Origin: Craspedostauros australis
Taxonomy: Eukaryota
Assembly: GCA_030167865.1 (NCBI GenBank)
Contig: JALAGF010006326.1
Span: forward strand, 1-50,058
Length of the DNA stretch: 50,058 bases
Reading direction: 5' to 3'
Shown: positions 12,222-23,217 of the stretch, one piece after another
Layout of the letters: every line of letters starts with the position of its first letter
Position numbering within the stretch: position 1 is the first letter of the stretch
Notes under the pieces: model-generated
What the model was told of the DNA's origin: nothing
Seen by the model: only the letters and a program-made list of their open reading frames with translations
Databases searched by the model: none
Translations under genes and position numbers: made by a program

Positions 12222-15200
12222 CTGGTTGACGAACACGTGAGAATGGACCTGTTCGAGCACAGACACTGGATGATGGCACAACACAGCACAACACAACACA
12301 GCACAGTACAACACAGGAGAGCACATCACAACACAACACGGCACTTCGCATGGCATGTTGCAACTGCTCAATCACTGTGCGCAACATCCTCGTGCCAACA
12401 TGTTCATGTGAGTGGAGGTGGCATGGGTTTGAACCTGGATCTCCACTCAAATGTGGCGATTGATCAATCGTCGCCGTTTTCTTGTTGGCGTCACACTTGG
12501 AACAACACAGAGTTCGAGGAGGTTGCGCCAAAACCTGACAACTTCGAAGAACGAAGAAATGGGATCCTCTGTGAACCACAGAACGTTTCAGAACACAAAG
12601 ACTGGGAGTAACACAGGGTTCGAAGAGACCGCACCAGAACCTGACAACTCCCAAGGTTACACAGAGAACCTGTGAACCGCAGAGCGTTTCAGGACACCAG
12701 ATGTTCGTGGTGGCGAAAGAAACAACAACAACAACAACAACAACACAACAACGCAATCAAACACAATTGCAGACATCAATCAAACAGGACCACAAACATC
12801 AATCTTCCTCAGAAGCAAGGCCATCTTCCTCGTCATCATCTTCGTCTGCATCTTCATCTGCATTGTCGCCAGTAACAACGACAGTTGCAATCAGCAGCGA
12901 AAGGATCACCAGCATCCACAGAGCACCAACTCCTCCAACAAGACGACTGTCGTGACAACAGCAAGACAGGACAATCCACTGTCTTGATTCCTTTCTTGGC
13001 GTGGCAACCACGAAGTCCGCATCTTGGCACGTTTCTGCCACACTTGAAGCAAACAAAGCAACGAGCCTCAGTGCTGGCCACAACTCTGACAACCAACAAC
13101 AAACACAGCAAACTCAAGGTTCTGGAAAGAACAAAGGCAAGGATATGATTGGATGTCGGCGCTTTCTGCCACGCTTGAAGCGAGTGAAGAAGCGAGTGAA
13201 GATGCGAGCCTCAGTGCTGGTCACGACCCCAGCAACACAAGCAGCAAGCATAGCAAACGCAAGTCTCTGGGAGAGATCAAAGGTCAGTATATGGTTGGAT
13301 GCAGGCCTGGCATCGTATTGCACTTCAAACCATTCCAACTTTGTCGAACTGAGAGAACGAATCGATACCCCACCAACGGATATTCACATCCACACTGACA
13401 CTACCAATGACATTCACACTGACAAGGAAGGCCCACCACGGTGTCTCCTCGTTGTGATGGAGATTGGCCTTGTGTCAGGGTTGTTCAATTCGAGAGGATG
13501 GAATGTTGGTATGGTGCTGTATTGTACTGTACTGGAGACCCATCCGTTGTGGGAAGGGAGTTGATCGTGCCATCCCAAATCCAACCAACTGACATCCATC
13601 TCTCACGATCTGTCTTTCTCTTGTGCTTCTTTTCAACTGTACCTGTTGCTCGTTGTATGCTGTTGCTTGTTGCTGAGCTTCGTCATCCCCATCGTCTCTG
13701 TCGCGTTTTCTCTCTTGACCATTCTCACTGATTCCTCAAGACATGCAGCGCATATCCCACAGTTCTTTCCAACGTCACAGGAAGCCTGCAACCGTCCACC
13801 CACAATATACAGCAGATGACACCCCCAAGAGTTGGAATACCACACTCCGCAAGAACATTCACAACAACGGGGGAGAACAACGACAACGAGAGCAATAGCA
13901 GCCAGCAGAAACTTCCCCCAATGGATTCCTCTTCCGCCAATCCACAGGATGACCAGAAAGGCAGCGTACTTGCAGCAACTGTCGCCAAGCCTCTCTCCAA
14001 CGGATCTGGCACAATGTCACCTCCTCCATGGGAATCGGTATTCAGAGATGCCAGGTTCTGGGATGCGAGATGGACCGCAAAGGGACTTCAAGACCGTTTG
14101 ACACGTGAAGGCTTCGATCTCACTGCTGTCGGGGCAGCGGTCGACTCGCGACTCGTGTACACCTCGATGTTCAATGACACAGACTACCAACAAAAAGTGC
14201 TTGAAATGGCAACACGTTGTTCTGAAAGCGAAAAGACCGACACAATTCATCATTGGCTCTGCAACGTCAATAACATCGAGTTTGCTCACCAATCATTCAC
14301 AGGACTCCCACCCCTCAGCGGAGGCTCACCAGCATCACTCCAAGATGCCATCATCAACAAGTTGAACCAAGCCATCAGCGACGATACAACAAAAAGACTC
14401 CATCAAGTGAAAGTTTCCACTGGACACAGCGATTCGTATTCTTCTCACCAGGTCTTCTACCTCGGCAACCCTCAGTTCCGACATCAAGCCAGAGATGGAA
14501 GATCGCCACCGCAGCTGTACATGGAAAAGACAACTGACGAGGCAGACCGCGACCTGGTGTTGCTGTACTGCTCTGCCAGCGGGAGTGGCAAGACAGCCGA
14601 GCTCGCAGCGAGCGCGTTCTCGAGAGATGCTGCCTTTTCCATCCATCTGGATGTCGAAAAGGACATTCCTACTGCTAAACGCGGCGATGAGCGACAACGT
14701 GAAGCACGAATCAGTCTCAAGACAACCATCGACAAGCTCGTGGATCAAGACAAGGGCACCCGAGCTCTTTTTGTCGAGATCGCTCAAATGATCAAGGACC
14801 GCAGCACCAAGGAAGACAAGGTGCGAATCGTCGTCGCCATCGATGAAGCAGGATCACAACCCAACCTCGTCAATGAGATCATCCGCAACTACCAAGATCT
14901 TGGTGAGGATCTTGCTGCATTCATCATGATGGGATGCAACAACCCAGACGAAAGCGGAAACCGTCTCAATGAGAAGGAATGGAAGAAGACGCAGAAGGAA
15001 TCACTGCAGGTGGTGTTCTCCATTGCAGGGACAGGCCTCCATGGTGACATGGAAGGAACCGTGCATGAGAACTTCAAGCAACTTCAACCAATTGCCAAAA
15101 GAAAGGTTGGAGATGTCTACAAGGTTCTCTGCCAAGAGTATCCAGGCTTGTGGCACAAATTTCCACCCTTTCAACAGCTTCCAGAATATCCCCTCCTCAA

Positions 15201-17424
15201 CGATATCGTCCATCACAACTCAAGAATGACCTCTGCCTTGGTGTTCCAGCTTGCAACCACAAACTTCTCATATGGTGATCCCCGCCATCAAGCCAAGATC
15301 ATCACGACTGTTTTCAAGAAATACTGCACAACCAACGGCATGTCGTCCGTGTGGAAGAACCCAAACTTTCGCTTACAGGTTGCAGCAAGCGCTTACGCTG
15401 CCCTCCTCTTCCAGAAAAAGATCACGGTGTATCCTGGTGACGCTCCCCATGTCATCCGAGAGAAGGCTCTGAAAGATGCCATCCGCTTCCAACAATTTGG
15501 TAAGCGCCACATCAAGATACGCAATCTCCTTGGCAAGTTTGGCCTCCTGACAACCCAATCATTCGCGGATTTCTCCTCCGAGGCAGAACAGGAAGACAGG
15601 GGAGTTGAGATGTACCCTTTCCTCATGGATCCTGCCATGCAGCGGCTCTGTGGCTGGCTGATCGCTGGTGGAGAAGTCATGGCGCATGCCGATGAAGCCT
15701 TGGGGACAACACCATTCGCATATGAAGCACTCGCAGTCCAATTCCTCTCCAGTGTGATAGCAGCAGCCACGACTGTGGAACCAGAAGATCGAAAGGATCT
15801 GAAATCGATGCTCGAGGATGGCGCTGCGATGTATGCATCGAAAGTGAGAGGCGATGGTGGTACTCTCGAATCTCTATTCATGGACAAGGACATAGAAGAC
15901 TCGTGGGAAGGGCTTCGCGGATGGTACCCTGTTGCTTTTCCATCAGAGTTTGCCATGGAGGGCATGTACCTTCAGAAGTCACCCATGGGCTTGTCATTGG
16001 GGCAAACACAACCACAACGCAGCCCAAAAGAGGAGAAAGAGAACCAAACCTACTGGAGAGATCTGCAAGGTTGGGAGGTCGAACACAACAATCGTACTCC
16101 CTTCGCCGACACCAATCAACTCACGCAGTATACCCCTCTCCAGTATAGTAGCGAAGACACGCTGACCATTGACAAGGACTACCTCAATGGACTCTGGGTT
16201 CTGCGATACGCCATCATGGAAAAACCAACGCTGGAGGAAGGGACGCAGGCGTTCCACCCTCCAATCGCAAGCGTCGCAGAAGGCAGCAGTAACTTGGCAG
16301 ACGGATACGTGTCCGTCGTGGTTGCTCAAAAGGAGGTGGTCAACAACAAGACCGTGTGGGAGAACCTCAAGCTCGTCACCATCTGCATCCAGGCAAAGGA
16401 TAAATCAAACGATCGGAAGATTTCCAACGAAGACATCCACAACAACAAGAACAAGGTCCTTCACGAGCTCCTCCACATTCCATTTGGCGAAGATCGTGTG
16501 TACTGTGCGGCGAGCCGACCAGAAAGTCTTGTGAATCAAACGATGACCCAAGCCAATGTTGCTGAGGCCAAACGCGAAAGAGATGAAGATGTTGGTAAGC
16601 GCGCTGTCGCCAATGCGTTGCGCAAAGAACGCGACATCGTGACGAAGGCTGCCGTCATGGAAGAGATGAAAGAAGTGGTATACTCTTGGGTTCGGGCCTT
16701 TGATCCAACCAGGTTGATTCGGCGATTCAAGAGCAAGGTCAACGCCAAGATCAAATCCGAGCTGGGAGTGACCAAGGAGAAAGCCAGAAATGCAGCCATA
16801 GCAGAAGCAGAAGCTGATGAGACCCACCTTGCGCCAGACTTCGCCGTACCGATCGGCAAGTCCCCATCTTCGAAGGTGCTGGCGGACGCGGGTATTCACC
16901 GTGATGAGCATGGGAAGACCGAGAGTTTCGGTGTCCAGTTGAAGTACTCTTCAGCTTGAACCGGCTTCCGACACACATCGTCGAAGTGAATGGAACGACA
17001 GAGAACAGGAGGTGGCTGGAGGCAACAGTGGTGGAATGTGGATGTGGTGAGAACCAACGCCAACGCAGACTGCATGCAGGACAGTGTGGAAGTGGAACCA
17101 CTCAGCTGATGCCACCACGTCCACGATGGGTGATGCAAGAGGGTTGAAGATGTGGTGACAGAGGGGCGGTCCATGACATTGGAGTGATGTGGCACAGCAT
17201 CTGTGAAGTCGACAAGGAACCATCATCAAACCATGTGGTTTTGGGTGTGCTATATATGTAACATGGTAGATTTCTGATATTTGTGATATTACTCGTGGGG
17301 AGCGATTCACAATGAACAGGTTGTTGTTCTATCCTGTTCTGTGCATCCTGTCACTGTCCAGCCAAGGTCGGCTTGTGGTTGTTCTTGATCTGTTCCTGCG
17401 CGACCATTGTGTATCCCAGTGAGT
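12222..17424 (+). repeat. Copy A of a ~5.2 kb duplicated NTPase-nuclease unit (inverted relative to copy B)
   Basis: Colinear homology with the reverse complement of 44350-49818, from TGGTTGACGAACACGTGAG to ...TGTGTATCCCAGTGAGT. It includes ~1.6 kb upstream and ~0.46 kb downstream of the ORF. Confidence 0.92.
13816..16959 (+). CDS. P-loop NTPase + PD-(D/E)xK-like nuclease protein (Crinkler/RHS-type NTPase-REase architecture), copy A; an upstream exon is possible
   Basis: Walker A SASGSGKT (14572-14595), Walker B IVVAIDEAG (~14827-14853), sensor-like FSIAGTG. C-terminal FAYE...ADGY...ICIQAKD matches a D...QxK REase-type signature. The 1047 aa ORF is intact. Confidence 0.75.
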   Translation: MTPPRVGIPHSARTFTTTGENNDNESNSSQQKLPPMDSSSANPQDDQKGSVLAATVAKPLSNGSGTMSPPPWESVFRDARFWDARWTAKGLQDRLTREGFDLTAVGAAVDSRLVYTSMFNDTDYQQKVLEMATRCSESEKTDTIHHWLCNVNNIEFAHQSFTGLPPLSGGSPASLQDAIINKLNQAISDDTTKRLHQVKVSTGHSDSYSSHQVFYLGNPQFRHQARDGRSPPQLYMEKTTDEADRDLVLLYCSASGSGKTAELAASAFSRDAAFSIHLDVEKDIPTAKRGDERQREARISLKTTIDKLVDQDKGTRALFVEIAQMIKDRSTKEDKVRIVVAIDEAGSQPNLVNEIIRNYQDLGEDLAAFIMMGCNNPDESGNRLNEKEWKKTQKESLQVVFSIAGTGLHGDMEGTVHENFKQLQPIAKRKVGDVYKVLCQEYPGLWHKFPPFQQLPEYPLLNDIVHHNSRMTSALVFQLATTNFSYGDPRHQAKIITTVFKKYCTTNGMSSVWKNPNFRLQVAASAYAALLFQKKITVYPGDAPHVIREKALKDAIRFQQFGKRHIKIRNLLGKFGLLTTQSFADFSSEAEQEDRGVEMYPFLMDPAMQRLCGWLIAGGEVMAHADEALGTTPFAYEALAVQFLSSVIAAATTVEPEDRKDLKSMLEDGAAMYASKVRGDGGTLESLFMDKDIEDSWEGLRGWYPVAFPSEFAMEGMYLQKSPMGLSLGQTQPQRSPKEEKENQTYWRDLQGWEVEHNNRTPFADTNQLTQYTPLQYSSEDTLTIDKDYLNGLWVLRYAIMEKPTLEEGTQAFHPPIASVAEGSSNLADGYVSVVVAQKEVVNNKTVWENLKLVTICIQAKDKSNDRKISNEDIHNNKNKVLHELLHIPFGEDRVYCAASRPESLVNQTMTQANVAEAKRERDEDVGKRAVANALRKERDIVTKAAVMEEMKEVVYSWVRAFDPTRLIRRFKSKVNAKIKSELGVTKEKARNAAIAEAEADETHLAPDFAVPIGKSPSSKVLADAGIHRDEHGKTESFGVQLKYSSA

Positions 17425-18052
17425 CCATCTGGTTGGTCTGTCCTTCCCTCGCTTCTGGTGTGGTTGGGAAGGGCTTGGAATGCCTACTTCGTGGTGTTTC
17501 GCCCAGCCTGTTGGTGTTCCATGTTGTGTGCTATCCTCAGTTGCCTCCTTGTGCAGGACGTGGTCATCCACTTCAGTATCTTCCTCCTCGGTATCTTCCT
17601 CCGTACCCTCCGTAGCATTGAATTCTGTGATGTCAAAATCATGACGATTCCTTGTGACAACATGATGCTTTGAGTCACGCGTAGTCTTGACAAGTCCCGA
17701 GTGATTTCTCCAAGCTACATTTGTCGCATCGTCCGACCAAGTCGTGTGACACGCTCCAACGGAAACCAATGTCCATCCAACGCATCAGTCCTGTTGGAAA
17801 TTTTGATGCGTTTTGGCGCACTGCGTGACGGAGCAGCTCGGTGCCAACATTCACCTCTTCCCACCCACCCGCTGGCTTCGCGCTTTCCACCAAGTTGCTG
17901 TGACTTGCGTCGTTTCTCATTCTTCGCCTCAGTTCGGATTCATTTGTTTGAGTTGAGTTCAAGTTGATTGCATTTGACGGAAGTATCGTGAGGCGACGAT
18001 TGCATTGCTTCAATTGCAGAGCGAAGAGCTTCAGCGCAGAGTGGATCGGATC

Positions 18053-20467
18053 ATGACCATGATCATGGCAAGGATGAGGGAGAGACCTGCAACTCCGCAA
18101 GGCATCAAAACAATGACAACGAGAACAATGACAACGACACGATGCTGCATGGCCCTGATGCTGTTGCTCATTAGCAGCAGCACTCTGGCGGCGCCCTCAA
18201 CCAGCCGCGTGCGAGGATACCGCTCTTCAACCAACCTGCGCGAACAGGAGTTGCAGCGCCTGCTGTTGGAACGGCGGCACTTGAAGCAGAATCGTGAGAC
18301 ACGCGCACCCACCGAAGCACCTGAGACGCAGGCGCCGACGCAGGCACCGAGTTCGCCGCCCACCTCGCAGCCGACGGCCATGCCCACGACACCTCCCACG
18401 TTCATGCCGACACCGTTGCTGGCAACCGCAGCTCCGAGCGGATCCTCATCGATGGCACCGACACAAGTACCCACGGTTGGTCGAACTTCCGCCCCCACCG
18501 CCCTGCCAACTGCGGCGAAGGAGGATGCAGTCCCTGCAACAGACATTCCCACCGCCACCCCCACCTCCGCCCCCACGTCATCCCCTCCGAGGGTCTTTGA
18601 ACTTTCTCCGTTCTCCATCGCCGTCGACGGCACCGTGGATGACTGGGACGCACTGCGCGCGAACCTCGAGCTCTATCTGGCCGACAACCTGGACGCCGTC
18701 AGCGTCGATCTGGCGGCCGACAATGGTCGTCGTCAATTGCAAACGACGGAAGCGAGACAATTCCGCGGCATTGTCAATATGCCAGCGACGTTTGAGGGCG
18801 ATCGCGGGCAGGTGGTGACGGCGCAAGAGGAAGCGCTGCAGGATGGCGAGAAGGTGGCCACCGCGCTTGTGGGCGCGAATCCCAGCGTGTCGGCCGTCTC
18901 CGTCACGGTCGATTCGGCGCGCAGCATTGTGCCGGAAGCGAATGGCGGTGGCGGTGGTTCGGACAGCAAGAATGGAACTGGTCTGATCGTCGGCTTGGTC
19001 GTTGCCGCGTGCTTCGCGCTGCTGGTTGCCGGAATGCTCACGTACCGCCGCTTCTCGAGTCGGGAGCTGCCGCCACCACCGCCTCCGCCCTATGAGGTGG
19101 AGGTGATTCCGGATTTCGATGCGGACGATGCCGAAGTGGTGCTGCGCGATGCGTCGAAGACTCCGGATTCGGCCACGACGGACAAGACGTCCGATGACAT
19201 TCTGGATGATTTGGAGACCGCGCCAAAATCAGTTTACTCGGCTCCGGTCACGCCCGAAAGCCACCAGCTCGCCACCATTCGCGAAGCTTCGCAATCGACC
19301 CACGCCTCCATCGACGTTGCCGCACTGACGAATACGGCGATAGTTGCAACGGCCGCGAAGAAACAGAAGCTGCAAAGGAACAAGGAATCGTGGGCTGCGA
19401 ATCCCACCATGATCGATGGTTCCACCGGTGACCTCGAGGTCTCCGTCGCGGATGCCAGCACGCTCAGCGAACCCGATGCCGTCATTTACTTGACCAAACC
19501 CAGCACGCCGCCGCGAGGCAAGGAGGTCCAAACCTTCAAGGCCGAGGTCGACTCATCGCCGGATCACCAGAGACTCTTTCCTATTCCAGTTGTCAAGAAG
19601 CGCAGTGACGTGCAGCCCAGCGCCGTCTTCATGCCCAAGACCTTGGCCGATGACATGAGCGACGATGACACGGATGCCGGCAGCAAGACGAGTCGGCAAT
19701 CCAACAACGCACCCGCCGCCGCTGCCGCCGCCGCCACCACCGTGAAACAGCCACCCGTGGAATTCGATGACAACAAGTCATGGACCGTGGCATCCATGTT
19801 TTCCAACGACGAGGAGAGCATGGCAGGCTTTTCACTGGCCACCATGGAGTCCAAAGAGAAGAACACCGTCATTGTCGATGCCGATATGCTCAAGACCGCC
19901 AACCGCACCCAACCAGCAGCCACAGCCGGGCCCATGAGTTGGTTCCAACGCGGTTTCAACGGATCCGTGACTGCACCGACGAAGCCGCAGCAGCAGCCGC
20001 AGAAGCCGCCCAACGTTGCAGTGCTCGACACGACGCCCAAGAAGGCAACGCGCGCGGAAGAACCGAAGGAGGAAGGCCACGAGGTCTACTTTGACAATGC
20101 CAGCGAATCCGCCTCCATCATCTCCGAAGCACCGTCGTCTCACAAGGAGACCTCCAGCATCTACTCCGGCATGAGCGACGTCTACACGACGGTCGGCGAC
20201 AGCAGCGCTCTCGGTGCCTTCCGTCAGGACGACTCGGAGGAAGAGGACGAAGCCTTTATTCCCATGACGAACAAGTATCCACTGACGACCATCGATGACG
20301 ATCTTCCCTCTGACGAAATGAACGACAAGCAGACGCAGCGCAACGACCAAGATTTAACGGGTTTCAGCCGCGCCGATGAAATCCGCAGGGCCATGGAAGA
20401 TGACGATCGCAGACTCATGGGACGCCAACGGCGGCGTGTGCAACCGCCGATGACGATGGAAGTATAG
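18053..20467 (+). CDS. Type I membrane protein: signal peptide, RXL motifs, Pro/Thr-rich (TxAPT) mucin-like stalk, small globular domain, single TM, long disordered cytoplasmic tail
   Basis: Signal MALMLLLISSSTLA; RRHL and RRQL motifs; repeated APT/SPPT; TM GLIVGLVVAACFALLVAGMLTY followed by RR. The start could be 18053, 18113 or later. Confidence 0.8.
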   Translation: MTMIMARMRERPATPQGIKTMTTRTMTTTRCCMALMLLLISSSTLAAPSTSRVRGYRSSTNLREQELQRLLLERRHLKQNRETRAPTEAPETQAPTQAPSSPPTSQPTAMPTTPPTFMPTPLLATAAPSGSSSMAPTQVPTVGRTSAPTALPTAAKEDAVPATDIPTATPTSAPTSSPPRVFELSPFSIAVDGTVDDWDALRANLELYLADNLDAVSVDLAADNGRRQLQTTEARQFRGIVNMPATFEGDRGQVVTAQEEALQDGEKVATALVGANPSVSAVSVTVDSARSIVPEANGGGGGSDSKNGTGLIVGLVVAACFALLVAGMLTYRRFSSRELPPPPPPPYEVEVIPDFDADDAEVVLRDASKTPDSATTDKTSDDILDDLETAPKSVYSAPVTPESHQLATIREASQSTHASIDVAALTNTAIVATAAKKQKLQRNKESWAANPTMIDGSTGDLEVSVADASTLSEPDAVIYLTKPSTPPRGKEVQTFKAEVDSSPDHQRLFPIPVVKKRSDVQPSAVFMPKTLADDMSDDDTDAGSKTSRQSNNAPAAAAAAATTVKQPPVEFDDNKSWTVASMFSNDEESMAGFSLATMESKEKNTVIVDADMLKTANRTQPAATAGPMSWFQRGFNGSVTAPTKPQQQPQKPPNVAVLDTTPKKATRAEEPKEEGHEVYFDNASESASIISEAPSSHKETSSIYSGMSDVYTTVGDSSALGAFRQDDSEEEDEAFIPMTNKYPLTTIDDDLPSDEMNDKQTQRNDQDLTGFSRADEIRRAMEDDDRRLMGRQRRRVQPPMTMEV

Positions 20468-20979
20468 CAGTGTCATGTAAAATATTATTATACCTACTGG
20501 TACAATGATCGCATTCACATTTGCATTCATAATTATAACAATGGCGCACTCTTCGTACGAGCTGTGCACGGGAATCCTGTACGCTTGTTGGTTCTGGTTG
20601 GCATCACCAAGAAGCGGAGAACGTGATTTTGGCGCCAAAACGGCTCACTCCAATCCCGAATTGCTGCAACGTCATGACATAATTTGATTCACTGGACCAC
20701 AGAACAAAGCAATCTTCTGTCGAAATGTGTGACATCAGTAATTCCCGATTGTACGGGACTGAACCAAAATAGAGTACAGAAACAACAAATACCCCCCTAT
20801 CGTAAACGTGGCAAGCGCATGATCGATCACTCCTGAGCGTTACAGGAGCACGTTACTTTTAGGACTACGGGGAATTTCGACAATCTTCGCCAGCGAACGA
20901 TCCAAACACAACCCACGTCAAGTTTGGTCACAATCACATCACCACCATAATCCCACGAACACGACAAGAAGAAGAGACA

Positions 20980-22682
20980 ATGAAGATCCCAACCATCGCC
21001 GCCGCCGTGCTAGTCCTGACGGACTCCGTCGTGCATGCCTTCACCGTGCCGCGTGCTGCGAGAGTTCGCGCCACTGCGGCATTTGCGGCAAGCGAAGAAA
21101 GCACGACGACCGCGGAACCCAAGCAGGAAGAGGCAGTTACGAAACAAATCGGTCTGCTGACCTTCGATCTCGATGATACGCTCTATCCCATCGACAAGGT
21201 GCTGTCGGAGGCGAATGGTATGTGTCTGGTGCTGTGCGTGTTTGCTGCGCCTATGCGTTGTTGTGAACAATGTGTGCATGATGTTCGCACCCTCACACTA
21301 GCTTCTTTTCGCTTCATCTCGCTCCACTTCGATTGGTTCCATTCCATTTTGCAGATGCATTCGTCAAAGCCATGGAGAAGTTCGGATACACTGGATTGAA
21401 TCCAGAAGACATCGTCAACACAGGCAAGGAGATCCGGGAAGAAATGTCCAAGACCGATCCGATCGATGCCGCCACATTGTAAGTTGTGTCGTCAACGTGC
21501 ATTGTGCAATATGATCGCGTGTGCACGCCGGTGATGGTATGGATGGCCGTGTAGATGATGTGATTGTCATCAAAGGCGAATGGTATCATCTGTCGCATGG
21601 GCGCTGATGCCCTGTGATTGGGAAATGATGCATCGTTGTGACGTGACACCTGCATGCTTGCACACAACTGCCCCTTATTTTCACACACATGATACGCGCC
21701 AGGAAATCTCACATTTCAACACCATCAACCGATCGATCGATCAATCATTCATTCCATCAACGAATCGACCAATCACCCAATTGCGCAATGCAATGGAATT
21801 CAATGGAATTCAATGAAATGAATCGACAGGACGCACACGGAGATCCGCGAGCTCGCCATCCGCGAGGAGATGGAGAAGATCATTCTGGAACGCAAGCTGC
21901 AGGAAACCGCGGACGATTGGGCCACGCAGGTCGACTCGCTCTCACCCATCATAGTAGCATCGGCCAAGAAATGGGCCAAGAACGCCGTGTCGGAAAGCGT
22001 CGTGCAGGCTGTCCTTTCGGCATGGGAGATGGAACGCCACCATGCCGCGGAACGCCACCTCTTCCCCAGCGTCATCGATTCCCTCAAGAAGATCAAGGAG
22101 GAGCACCCGCAGGTCATCATCGGCGCCGTCACCGACGGGCGCGCCAATCCCAAGCTCATGACCTTCACGTTGGCGCCGTACTTTGACTTCTGCATGAGCT
22201 GGGAGGACGAGCAGGGCGGGCGTAGGCAATTCTTCAAGGAGCTGGACTCCGTGGATGGACAGGCCGATTTGAACTGGATTTACGAAGCCGCGAGGCACAA
22301 GTACGCGCTGTTGAAGGAGGCGTCGGACGGATTGATAAAGAAGGACGAGACGGACGACAAGATTCCACCGCTGACGTACCCTGAGACCTACGACGATTTG
22401 GCTTGGCTGCACGTGGGTGACGATCTCGCGTTCGATGTCGGCGGCAGTTCCGCGTGCGGTGCCAAGACGATTCTAGTCGAGCTGTCCAAGGATTTGGGAC
22501 AGACGGCGCCGTACCGCTTCGACACGGAGATCGATCAGCCAAGCTGGGCCACCACGACACCGAGCGAGCTGGTCGCCCGTATCAAAATGAACGAGGCTTC
22601 CAAGGAGCTGGTGGACAAAAAGATCGTGTCGATGGAGCAGCTGCCACTTGCAATCAATCAGATTCTCAATCCAGATTGGTAA
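20980..22682 (+). CDS. HAD-superfamily hydrolase (HAD-IA-like), probably plastid-targeted; exons 20980-21217, 21355-21478, 21830-22682
   Basis: Signal peptide ending VHA-F. Motif I TFDLDDTL, motif II VTDG, motif IV HVGDDLAFD. Two GT-AG introns (21218-21354 and 21479-21829) splice in frame (..EAN-DAFVK..AATL-THTE..). Confidence 0.9.
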
Positions 22683-23217
22683 ACGCTTCGAACCGTGCTC
22701 GATTGCGCGTTCATTCCAACATGCACGTCAGTAGTGGTAGAGCGCACACGAACAAAGCACAGCGAGCACACCACACACACACACACACATAGACGTCGAT
22801 ATTGACGATACTCATTCATTTCAGTATTTGATTCATCCATCCACTCATTCACCCACTCATCCATCCAACCGCCCATTTCGCAAGTGGAAGGCAGAATGGG
22901 ATCCTACATGTACTCGTACAAGTGCATCCAACCGAATTCTCTCGCAGGTGTTCTCGAGAGTCTGATTTAGTCGATGACCTGGATTTAGACAGAGCAGAGT
23001 ATGGTACTGCATTAACTTTTCTTAACTCTGCTTCACTCGGTTCGCCTCGTCTCGAATCTGGATGGTGATGCGAGGATGTGCGGAGCTATTGAGCGAGGCA
23101 TGGGTCGCCTCCGTGTGTGTGCGCGTGTACAAGGCTGCGCATCTCAGATGCCTCCTTCCGACGCGATTGCTGCTGCGTTCATGACCATGGGCACGACTAT
23201 CGCCGTTACTTGCGTCA

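Noticed and set aside
12180..17424. Terminal inverted/direct repeats or Helitron ends for the duplicated unit
   Set aside because: The two ends are not complementary and there is no TC...CTRR pattern. The TTCTATyCTG similarity at ~12181 and ~17327 is short and low-complexity.
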